Assembly: GCA_022819945.1 (NCBI GenBank)
Contig: JAJEGI010000103.1
Span: forward strand, 41,821-105,820
DNA length: 64,000 nt
Source of the DNA: Candidatus Poribacteria bacterium
GTDB taxonomy: Bacteria; Poribacteria; WGA-4E; WGA-3G
Reading direction: 5' to 3'
This document shows, piece by piece, positions 53,051 through 62,033 of this stretch; positions within the stretch are counted from its first letter, which is position 1, and the number at the start of each line of letters is the position of its first letter. Under the pieces are notes generated by a model, which worked only from the letters and a program-made list of their open reading frames with translations, had not been told where the DNA came from and searched no databases. A program made the translations under genes and the position numbers.

Positions 53051-56014
53051 ATGAAAAACGAAGATGTCGGGCTGATTCAACGCATCTTGTCTGGTGATGA
53101 TAGTGCGTTCACTGCACTCGTGGATAGGCATCGTGAATGGATTCATTCGCTCGCATGGCGCGAAATCGGTGATTTCCATGCGGCACAAGAAATTACACAG
53201 GATACCTTCATCCAAGCATTTAAATCGCTGCCTACCTTAAGGGATCACAATCGTTTTTTGGGGTGGTTGTATGTCATAGCAAAGCGTCAATGCATCGAAT
53301 GGTTACGAAGGAAACCTGCCACAATGCAGTCGTTAGACGCAATGTCAAAGATTGAATTAGAGCAACTGTTCTATACACGACACCTTGAGAAAGAGTTGAC
53401 ACAAGCATCGACAGAAGAACTCCGCGATGTCGTAGAACGTCTGCTCCGAAAATTGCCAGAAACCGAACGCTCTGTGATGGTATTGCACTATTTCAGTGGC
53501 TTGACATGTGAAGAGGTGAGTGCACGTTTAGACGTATCGCTGAACACAGTAAAGAGTCGACTCTATCGGGCACGGAAACGATTGGAACAGGAGGAGCCGA
53601 TGCTTCGCGAAAATTTGAGTCCCAATTTATTAAAAAGCGATCCACGATACATTAGCGTTCAGGCAACTGCAGCGACAGATACTGGAGAACATATTGCGGA
53701 AGGCGGTTTTGATCTCTGCGAGACAGATAAGGTTTTCACGTCTATCAGTTCTCACACGACAGGACTCAGTGGCGACTACCCGAGACCGATGTACATGCTG
53801 CTCCACTATGTTAATCACGGCAGTGATATTGACCTCTTTAAATTTCCGTTGGTTGATGAAAGTTGTTGGAAGCAGGAAGGTCCCCACAAATCAGAAGTGA
53901 CGACAACCTTGGAAGGAGACCGTGAAACAGTCAAAGTTGCCGCTGGTATTTTTCGAGCGTGCCTGAAACATAAAACCGTCTTCACAAACGCGGATGTTGA
54001 CGAGCCAGATGCCGAATCGCAAAACGCGTTTATAAACGGCACGCGTTATCTGTGGTTTGCTATGGGCGTTGGGCTTGTGAAGATGCGGTATGTGCATGCC
54101 AACGGTGTCGTTACAGAAGCCGAATTGCTTGAATATAAGATTCCAGACGAATCGCAAGAATACCTCCCAGTCCAAGTTGGCGCGGAGTGGACTTACAGAT
54201 GGCACAGCGATTATCGTGAGGAAGCCGTTATTGAGGAGTGGCGGGTCATTAGGAACTTCAGTGAACCTAAGGCACTTGATAACCCGATGGAGCTTGCGTC
54301 GGCAAGGTATGAGGTCAAAGTGGATGCCGATGCACCGCGCGTCGCGCATGTCAAGTGTACACTAACGCCGAAAGTGGGCAGCGGTGCCAAAGCGGACCAA
54401 AAGTTGTTGCCATTATCCATGAGCCATTTTGGTACGGAGTGGTTGTACGATGGATATGCCCGGTATCTTCGAGATTTGACAGTCATTGATGCTAACGGAA
54501 AGACATTACAAGTAGAAGAGATTGGCAAGACGCAGTGGATCGTTGAAGTCCAAGATGAATCACCTGTGACGTTGGACTATAAAGTGCTCCTCAATCATGA
54601 TACGCGCGATTGGCCCTTTGGCAGGAATGAAGCACCCTACGCCCAATCGGATTGCGTATTCTGGCCCGGGTATGCGCTGTTTATCGTCGGTGAAGTGAAG
54701 GATATTGAACTAAAAGTTGATGTGCCTGACAATTGGCATGTCTCAACGCATTGGGAACAGGTTGCGTCGGATGGACATCGTTTCGTATGCGAAGATCAGG
54801 ACGACCTGATGTTTGCGTATCTCGTGCTTGGGGAATACTGTAAAAGTTTGGCAAAAGTCGGAGATACGGAGGTTGTCGTTGCGCTGGGTGGACGTTTTAA
54901 AGCGTCTATATCCGAAGTGCAGGGGACTGTTGAGGCACTGTTGGAAGGCTATGCAACCGTATACGGTGGTACGCCAAAGGGACGGATACTGTTTGTCGCG
55001 AACCCTTATGGCGAAAAAGGACATCTCGGCGGTGGGGCATCTCGGCGTAGTATCACTGCACATATAGGTGACGAATTAGATGAAGCGAGTCGGCGTTTTT
55101 GGCTGCCGCTGGTTTCACGCGTGGCTGGTTATGTCTGGGTTGGACGCGGGGGTATCAATTCTAAAGAGCAGGAATATTGGTTCGTTGCCGGTTTCACGCA
55201 GTATTGTTCAGAAATCATCTCTGCCCGCCTTGGACTTACATCTGAAAGCGATTTTCTTAGGAATTTTGAACGCACGTGGGAGTCGTATCTATCTCGACAA
55301 GGCGAGCTCTCTATCCGCGAGGCGGGTGAAGATAAATCCGCTAACCGTGAACTCGTCTATGATGGCGGCTGTTTAGTCGCGGCTGCTTTGGATTTGCAGA
55401 TTCGCAACCGAACGCAAAATCGAGGCAGCTTGGACGATGTAATACAACAGATGTATCGTGAGTTCGGTCTCACTGACAACGCCTTCACGATAAACGATGT
55501 GGTTAGGATTATCAGCCAAATTGCAGGTGAAAATTTTAAACCTTTCTTCAATGAATACGTGATCGGAACAGAACGATTGCCCTTAGAAGAATACTTTACA
55601 GACGCGGGTTTGGATGTTGAGATAGCATTTGGCGAAAGACTACCGAGTCTTGAACATATTCTCTTTCAGATGCTTGAGATTAAATCACTTGGCGGTCCAA
55701 CAGGCGGTGGCATGTTCATCCACCATTCACCGCAATATGAAGACGATGACAACTTGATATGCATCAACGGCACACCGGTGAAATATTTTGACGACATCAG
55801 AAGGGTTGCTAAAGACTGGAAATCCGGGGACGTAGTGGAACTAACCCTTGAGAGAGAGGGTGAAGAAATTGTCCTGCCGATCACATTAGCAGGGGACACC
55901 TCTAAAAGACCGCCGTTGGAACCGGGTATTATTGATGTCACGATCACGAAAAGAACAGATCGCACGGACTTACAACGCGCGATCTGGTCGGGAATGTTAG
56001 GAGAAAATGAATGA
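53051..56014 (+). CDS. ECF sigma factor fused (no TM segment) to an M61-peptidase/PDZ-like body with all zinc-site residues substituted
   Basis: N-terminus MKNEDVGLIQRILSGDDSAF... is paralogous to the 14197 sigma. Regions 2 and 4 are present. The C-terminal ~790 aa are colinear with 56011..58389, but HEICH is replaced by RVAGY (55118-55132) and SEGFT by VAGFT. Confidence 0.85.
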   Translation: MKNEDVGLIQRILSGDDSAFTALVDRHREWIHSLAWREIGDFHAAQEITQDTFIQAFKSLPTLRDHNRFLGWLYVIAKRQCIEWLRRKPATMQSLDAMSKIELEQLFYTRHLEKELTQASTEELRDVVERLLRKLPETERSVMVLHYFSGLTCEEVSARLDVSLNTVKSRLYRARKRLEQEEPMLRENLSPNLLKSDPRYISVQATAATDTGEHIAEGGFDLCETDKVFTSISSHTTGLSGDYPRPMYMLLHYVNHGSDIDLFKFPLVDESCWKQEGPHKSEVTTTLEGDRETVKVAAGIFRACLKHKTVFTNADVDEPDAESQNAFINGTRYLWFAMGVGLVKMRYVHANGVVTEAELLEYKIPDESQEYLPVQVGAEWTYRWHSDYREEAVIEEWRVIRNFSEPKALDNPMELASARYEVKVDADAPRVAHVKCTLTPKVGSGAKADQKLLPLSMSHFGTEWLYDGYARYLRDLTVIDANGKTLQVEEIGKTQWIVEVQDESPVTLDYKVLLNHDTRDWPFGRNEAPYAQSDCVFWPGYALFIVGEVKDIELKVDVPDNWHVSTHWEQVASDGHRFVCEDQDDLMFAYLVLGEYCKSLAKVGDTEVVVALGGRFKASISEVQGTVEALLEGYATVYGGTPKGRILFVANPYGEKGHLGGGASRRSITAHIGDELDEASRRFWLPLVSRVAGYVWVGRGGINSKEQEYWFVAGFTQYCSEIISARLGLTSESDFLRNFERTWESYLSRQGELSIREAGEDKSANRELVYDGGCLVAAALDLQIRNRTQNRGSLDDVIQQMYREFGLTDNAFTINDVVRIISQIAGENFKPFFNEYVIGTERLPLEEYFTDAGLDVEIAFGERLPSLEHILFQMLEIKSLGGPTGGGMFIHHSPQYEDDDNLICINGTPVKYFDDIRRVAKDWKSGDVVELTLEREGEEIVLPITLAGDTSKRPPLEPGIIDVTITKRTDRTDLQRAIWSGMLGENE

Positions 56015-58389
56015 AAGAAAAAATTGCGTCTGAACGCAACATTATCTTGAGTGCGAATACTGCTACAGAAAGTGGCGGACATCTCGCAGAAGGGACTTTC
56101 ACACTGAAGAAAACCGATACAGTTTTGACATCTATTGACTTTGGCACTGCAGGACACGGTGGTGGTGATCCGTCGCCGAAGTACATGTTGCTATATTATA
56201 TGAGCCATTGTAATACTGACCTCTTCAAATTTCCGATCGGTGTTGGCGAAACTTGGACAGAAGAAGGACACTGGCATGTACAGACGCGAAGTCGTTTGGA
56301 GGGGCATGAATCTGTAGAAGTCTCAGCAGGCACGTTCTCGGACTGCCTCAAACATAAAACTGTCTTCACAGACGCTGATGTAAAGGATACTAAAGCTGAA
56401 CTACGAAACGCGCTTTTGAACGGCACCCGTTATCTATGGTTTGCCGAGGGTATCGGTCTTGTTAAACTACGGTATGAACATTCCAATGGGGTCGTCACAG
56501 AAGCCGAATTGCTTGAATACAAGGTTCCTGTTGAAGACCGAGAATATCTTCCTTTGCAAATTGGCAATCTGTGGACCTATAAATGGCAAAACATGTATCG
56601 TAACGAAGCTGCTATTGAAGAGTGGCGCGTCATCCGAAATTTCAGGGAACCTGAGAATCTTGATACCCCAATGAAACTTGCATCGGCAAGGTACGAGGTG
56701 AAAATAGATGCCGATGAACCGCGCGTCGCACACGTCAAGTGTCTGCTAACGCCGAAGGCAGACAGTAACACAAAAGATGCCCAAAAGCCGTTGCTGTTAT
56801 TCATGAGCCATTTTGGGACTGAAGACCTGTACGACGGATATGCTCGGTATGTTCGAGATCTGACAGCCATAGATACGAATGGAGAAAAAATACCGGTCAC
56901 AGAGATTAACAAAACACAGTGGGTAGTTGAAACGCAGAATGCATCGCCTGTGACGTTGCGTTACAAAGTCCTGTTGAATCATGATGCGCGGGAGTGGCCC
57001 TTCGGTAACGATGAAGCACCCTACGTGCAAGAAGACTGTATTTTCTGTCCCGGATATGCTTTATTTATCACCAGTGAGGTGGAAGATATTGAACTGCGTG
57101 TTGATGTTCCCGATGACTGGCACGTCTCGACCCCTTGGAACCCTATTGGACACGAAAAGTATCGTTTTACTGTCGCAGATCATGACGACTTGATGTATGC
57201 GTATCTTGTGCTGGGGACGCATTCCGAGAGAGTGGTGGAATCTGAAGAGACAGAGATTGTGCTTGCCTTGGGTGGACACTTCAAAGCATCTATGGGTGAA
57301 GTCCAAAGAACTGTTGAATCACTTCTGCACACGTATTCAAAGATTTTTGGGGGGACACCAAAGGATCGCATGTTATTTGTGGCGAACCCTTGTGATAAAT
57401 ACAGCGGAGGCGGTGTATCAGGACACAGCATCAGCGTTCTGATGGACGGAACATTGGGGGCAGACAACAGACACTCATGGGCACCGCTCGTAGCACACGA
57501 AATTTGCCATATCTGGAATGGAAAAGCGATCGATTTTAATACACAGGAGTACTGGTTTAGTGAAGGTTTCACGGAGTACTGTTCAAAAATTACCTGCGTT
57601 CGCCTTGGCATAATTTCTGAAGATGATTTTCTCAGAGACCTTGAGCGCAAGTGGGAATTGTATCTGTCTAAGCAAGGCGATCTCTCTATTCGGGAAGCAG
57701 GCGAGAACAAGTCTACCAACCGAAATCTGGTCTATGAGGGCGGCAGTCTGATTGCTACCGCGTTGGACTTGCAGATTCGCACTTTTACGGAAAACCGGAA
57801 CAGTTTAGAAGATGTAATGACGCAGATGTATCGTGAATTCGGTCTCACAGAAAAAAAATATACGATGGACGATATCATCAAGGTTGGTAATCAAATTGCA
57901 GGTGAAGATTTACAACCGTTCTTCAAAAAGTATGTGGCAGGAACAGAACGGCTGCCTTTAGCGGAATACCTGAAAGACGCGGGTTTGGGTGCTGAGATAG
58001 CATTTGGGGAAGAACTTCCGAGTCTCGGACATATTCTCTTTCAGATGCTTCATATCTATTCACTGGGCGGTCCAACGGGCGGAGGCATGTTCATCCACCG
58101 TTCACCGCAATATGAAGACGATGACAACTTGATATGCATTAACGGCACACCGGTGAAATATTTTGATGACATCAGAAGAGTTGCCAAAGCGTGGAAACCG
58201 GGTGATGTGGTAGAGTTAACCCTTGAAAGAAAGGGTAAAGAAATTGTCCTACCGATCACATTAGCAGGTGATCCATCTGAAAAACCACCCATGGAGCCAG
58301 GGCCCATTGACGTTAGTATCACAAAAAAAATGGATCTTACAGAATCACAACGCGCCATTTTGACTGGTATTTTAGGCAATGATCGGTGA
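56011..58389 (+). CDS. peptidase M61-like gluzincin with C-terminal PDZ domain (cytoplasmic, intact active site)
   Basis: HEICHIWNG (57496-57510) plus YWFSEGFTEY. PDZ-like DDNLICINGTPVKYFDDIRRVAKAWKPGDVVELTLERKG. ATGA overlap with the upstream gene. No signal peptide. Confidence 0.8.
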   Translation: MKEKIASERNIILSANTATESGGHLAEGTFTLKKTDTVLTSIDFGTAGHGGGDPSPKYMLLYYMSHCNTDLFKFPIGVGETWTEEGHWHVQTRSRLEGHESVEVSAGTFSDCLKHKTVFTDADVKDTKAELRNALLNGTRYLWFAEGIGLVKLRYEHSNGVVTEAELLEYKVPVEDREYLPLQIGNLWTYKWQNMYRNEAAIEEWRVIRNFREPENLDTPMKLASARYEVKIDADEPRVAHVKCLLTPKADSNTKDAQKPLLLFMSHFGTEDLYDGYARYVRDLTAIDTNGEKIPVTEINKTQWVVETQNASPVTLRYKVLLNHDAREWPFGNDEAPYVQEDCIFCPGYALFITSEVEDIELRVDVPDDWHVSTPWNPIGHEKYRFTVADHDDLMYAYLVLGTHSERVVESEETEIVLALGGHFKASMGEVQRTVESLLHTYSKIFGGTPKDRMLFVANPCDKYSGGGVSGHSISVLMDGTLGADNRHSWAPLVAHEICHIWNGKAIDFNTQEYWFSEGFTEYCSKITCVRLGIISEDDFLRDLERKWELYLSKQGDLSIREAGENKSTNRNLVYEGGSLIATALDLQIRTFTENRNSLEDVMTQMYREFGLTEKKYTMDDIIKVGNQIAGEDLQPFFKKYVAGTERLPLAEYLKDAGLGAEIAFGEELPSLGHILFQMLHIYSLGGPTGGGMFIHRSPQYEDDDNLICINGTPVKYFDDIRRVAKAWKPGDVVELTLERKGKEIVLPITLAGDPSEKPPMEPGPIDVSITKKMDLTESQRAILTGILGNDR

Positions 58390-58463
58390 TTTAAAAAAAT
58401 GTGAAGCGGTGTCACACACTGCGTGCCTGCTACTTACACAACGAAAAATTGGAGAAATCTATC

Positions 58464-59345
58464 ATGTTGAAAAGATTTCGGGTCGTTTTTAGCCTATTGA
58501 TCATTTTGGGCTTCAGTTCAACACTGGTCGGAAAAGAGAAGGCAGACACCTATTTCCCACACGCGATAGGAAGTTACTGGGTTTACGAAGACCCAGATGG
58601 CAACGAACTAACACGTCGTGTCATTGAAAACAAAGAGATTGATGGAGAGACGTACCATGCCTTCAGTTATGAACCTACCGTGGAAGATTGGACAGATTAC
58701 GAGCATTACGTTCATCCCAATTTTTACCAAATTCGTAAAGACGGAATAGCCTTCTTTGTTGGTGATAAAGTGGAAAAAGCGTTTGAGGCAAAACTCCGTA
58801 AAGAAATAGACGCGGATATCAAGAAACAGCAAGGGATCTCGACATCCCCCGGCGTTAGTGCTGATTTCAGTTATGAGATTAAGGTCGAAGCGAAAGACGA
58901 TTTCTATCTTCTCCCAACCCCTATCGTTTTTGATAAAGCGTGGACAGCAACGCAGATCAGCGGCTCCATAACGCTCAAGCTGAAAATGCAAAGTCCTGAT
59001 TTTCAGATTCCGGGCGGTGATCAGGTTAATGCTATTCCTATTGATTTACTCGAAAAAGGGAAGGTGACAGCCAAAGAAATCGTAAAGACCGCCGCGGGGA
59101 CATTTGAAGACTGTTTGAAAATTGAGTATTGGATGGACACGGGCGATGAGGCAAAAGTAGCGGAGAAAGAGGGAGAGGCGCAATCAGCATCACCGGATGA
59201 GGCTGGTATAGAGGTAACAACGCTCTGGTTGGCACCTAACGTCGGGATTGTGAAATTTATCCGTGTGTCCGCTGATTCAAAAGTGGAAAAGAGTCTTGAA
59301 CTCACACAATACGAAATCAAGCCCACGGGTTCCGGCAGCGAATAA
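58464..59345 (+). CDS. secreted protein sharing the AGTF.DCLK...LW.A..VG.VK module with the two preceding genes
   Basis: Signal peptide MLKRFRVVFSLLIILGFSSTLVG. TAAGTFEDCLKIEY...TTLWLAPNVGIVKFIRV. Confidence 0.7.
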   Translation: MLKRFRVVFSLLIILGFSSTLVGKEKADTYFPHAIGSYWVYEDPDGNELTRRVIENKEIDGETYHAFSYEPTVEDWTDYEHYVHPNFYQIRKDGIAFFVGDKVEKAFEAKLRKEIDADIKKQQGISTSPGVSADFSYEIKVEAKDDFYLLPTPIVFDKAWTATQISGSITLKLKMQSPDFQIPGGDQVNAIPIDLLEKGKVTAKEIVKTAAGTFEDCLKIEYWMDTGDEAKVAEKEGEAQSASPDEAGIEVTTLWLAPNVGIVKFIRVSADSKVEKSLELTQYEIKPTGSGSE

Positions 59346-59384
59346 ACGCTGCAGATGAGGAAGGTTGTCTAAAGGGACATTTTA

Positions 59385-59411
59385 TGCAACCTTTTTGTCT
59401 TAAAACGCGAC
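59385..59411 (+). promoter_or_regulatory. ECF-type promoter candidate, TGCAACC-N16-CGAC
   Basis: Upstream of the LamG and permease genes. See 52987. Confidence 0.5.
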
Positions 59412-59472
59412 ATCATATTATGAGGTGGCGTTAGAACAAGAATATTCGCAATGTGAAACGGAGGAAAGGTCA

Positions 59473-60285
59473 ATGAGATGGATAATGCTTCTTTTCGTTG
59501 CTGTGCTATTATTCACAACAAGCCAAGCGACTGCTAAACTGGAGAAAGACCTCGTCGTCTATTTTACCTTTGACAAAGTGAAAGGCAAGAGGATTCTTGA
59601 TGCCTCCGGCAACGATCTTGATGCCGATGTCGTTGGAAATGTAGACTTTATTAAAGGCAAATATGGGGATGCGATTCATATTGCCGCTGAACCAGAAGGT
59701 GATGATTGCGTCCATGTTCCTGCGGACGATCTGCTAAAAATCAAGGGTGAGATTACAATGATGGCTTGGCTATATCATGAGGATTGGGACGCGGCCTGGG
59801 GAGTGTGGATTGATAAAGGGCGCTATGTCCCAGGTAAATGGAACGGGTCCTACAGCTTGGGATTTTTCGGTAGTTTCTTGGAATTCGGTGTTGAGGGACC
59901 AAAAATCCGAATGACTTTGGGTGGAGGTGATAAGACGTGGGGGTTTAGCGGCACAGAACCCATGGTGGATAGAAACTGGCATCATATCGCCGGTATCTAT
60001 GATGGCAAGACCGCGAAAATGTATCTGGATGGCAAAGTATTTTACGACCACGATCAGAAATTTAAATTCGTAGGTACTAATGACGCAGACTTATGTATTG
60101 GGGGCGCGGCAGGCGATCCACGGTATACCTTCAAAGACGGTTCTATTGATGAATTCGGCATCTGGCAACGCGCCCTAACCGAAGCCGAAATTGAAGAAGC
60201 GATGAAAGGTTTCCTCGCGGTTTCACCCAAAGACAAGACTGCCACCACTTGGGCGGACATTAAGCGACGGGCAATCGTTGAATAA
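59473..60285 (+). CDS. secreted LamG/concanavalin-A-like domain protein
   Basis: Signal peptide MRWIMLLFVAVLLFTTSQATA. LVVYFTFD...DASGN..D..V.G...KGKYGDAIH...NWHHIAGIYDGKTAKMYLDGK. Confidence 0.8.
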   Translation: MRWIMLLFVAVLLFTTSQATAKLEKDLVVYFTFDKVKGKRILDASGNDLDADVVGNVDFIKGKYGDAIHIAAEPEGDDCVHVPADDLLKIKGEITMMAWLYHEDWDAAWGVWIDKGRYVPGKWNGSYSLGFFGSFLEFGVEGPKIRMTLGGGDKTWGFSGTEPMVDRNWHHIAGIYDGKTAKMYLDGKVFYDHDQKFKFVGTNDADLCIGGAAGDPRYTFKDGSIDEFGIWQRALTEAEIEEAMKGFLAVSPKDKTATTWADIKRRAIVE

Positions 60286-60345
60286 ACTTCGCAACTGCCA
60301 CAAGTGTCTTTTAACTGATGACTGATAACCCTATGAGGTAAATTC

Positions 60346-61884
60346 ATGCATACACTTTGGCTTGTTATCCAACGAGAATTCGTCTCAAATGTATTGACAT
60401 CCCGGTTCATGATTGGGTTTATTGTGTGACTGCTTTCAACCGCTGTCGCCGTTTTCGTTCAGGTGGATGACCACGAAAAACGGTTAGTCGGATATAACAC
60501 GGCTATCCGGGAATCCCAAGCAGAAGCAAAGAATTGGAAACTCTACACCGATATTAGCGCAAAGGTACACAGAAAACCGAATCCGCTCGGCATTTTTAAC
60601 ATCGGGATGGAAAATTCTGGTGTAAATACCGTCGTTGTTGAGCCTGACAAGCCGATTTGGACACGGGATGGCCGTTCCCCGGGTTGGGGCGAAACGACCC
60701 AAAAGATGGGAGCCGATAACCCTTTTCTCGCAATGTTTCTCTCCGTTGATGTGGTTTTCATCTTCAAAATCGTGCTGAGTGCGTTAGCAATACTGTTTGC
60801 TTACAACACAATTTCGGGCGAAAGAGAGGATGGCACGCTAAAGCTTGTGTTGTCCAATGCTATACCAAGGGACACGGTGGTTTTAGGGAAATACCTCGGC
60901 GGTATGTTATCGCTATTCCCCATTGTTTTGGTGAGTCTGATTGTGGCACTGTTAATTGCAATCTCTTCACCGAATGTCGCCTTTGATGGAAACGACATTG
61001 CACACGTTGTGCTGATATTCGCCGTTTCGCTGTTGTACGTGTCAACGTGGTATCTTTTAGGACTGCTCTTGTCCGTCTGGACGAAAGAGGCAGCAACCAC
61101 ATTAATGCTTTCGATGTTTCTCTGGGTGATCCTGACAAGTGTTCATGCAAACGTGGCAACATTTGCGGTGACGAAATTTTCGCCACATAAACCGGACTCG
61201 GAGGAGAAAGTTTTTCAACAGACGGCGCAACTCTGGGATGATTTCAGAAAAGAACGCGACGATTACCTCAAAAAGAGGGGGTACGATAGTCCAACGAAGA
61301 CGGTCTCTTGGCGGCGCGATGAAAAAGGTAGAAAACGTGGATCTTCTGGTACTTCCTCTACCTCTGATAGATGGTTTGTTACGGAGAGTTATCGCATTGG
61401 AAATATCAAGTACGCCGATGTTTCCGTTCTCCAGGAATTTTTAAGTTATCAGGAACCGCTTCGGATTGCGTATGCGGATAGGGCGGAAGAAATTCTCAGA
61501 AAACCCGCGGATGACCGAGCGCGGAACGCGAGGTTCGCGGACCTTCTCTCCCGTATCTCCTTCGCAGATGTGTATCACTTCGCTGTCGGCGCAATAGCAG
61601 GAACCGACCGAGAGAGCTATAACGATTTTCTTGAAAATTCCAGAGCCTATAAGCGTGAGGTCGTTGAATATTTGAAAGATAAAAAAGCATTTTCTTCGCG
61701 AGCATGGTTTTCCGACGATCAGGGTGCCGCGGATGTGAAAGATCTGCCGGTTTACCGACATCAGCAGCTCTCCCTCTCGGAAAGTTTCTCCCGCGCTTCT
61801 GTGGATATTCTGATCTTGTTAGCATGGAATATTGTTCTGTTTATGGTGGCTTATGTGTCCTTTCTAAGGTATGAGATAAGTTGA
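60346..61884 (+). pseudogene. ABC-2-type permease with large extracytoplasmic loop, interrupted by an in-frame TGA at codon 28
   Basis: ATG 60346 (MHTLWLVIQREFVSNVLTSRFMIGFIV), then TGA at 60427-60429, then LLSTAVAVF... in the same frame as ORF 60463..61884. The N-terminus is about 90% identical by eye to the gene starting at 63925. Confidence 0.55.
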
Positions 61885-62033
61885 ATAGGAGGGTTATCAG
61901 TTGTCAGTCGTTGGTTGTTGGTTAAGAGGACTTTTGGAACGAATTTGACCCTTGAAGTTTTTCAGAGCGATGATATGTTACAAACCAATCTCTTAACTGA
62001 TAACTGATAACTGACAACCAACAACTACTAAAA

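Noticed and set aside
60427-60429. The in-frame TGA as evidence of genetic-code reassignment (UGA as Trp or Gly) or selenocysteine.
   Set aside because: Several well-supported genes in the window terminate at TGA at the expected length (for example 53051..56014, 56011..58389, 20168..21166). No SECIS-like hairpin is evident immediately downstream.
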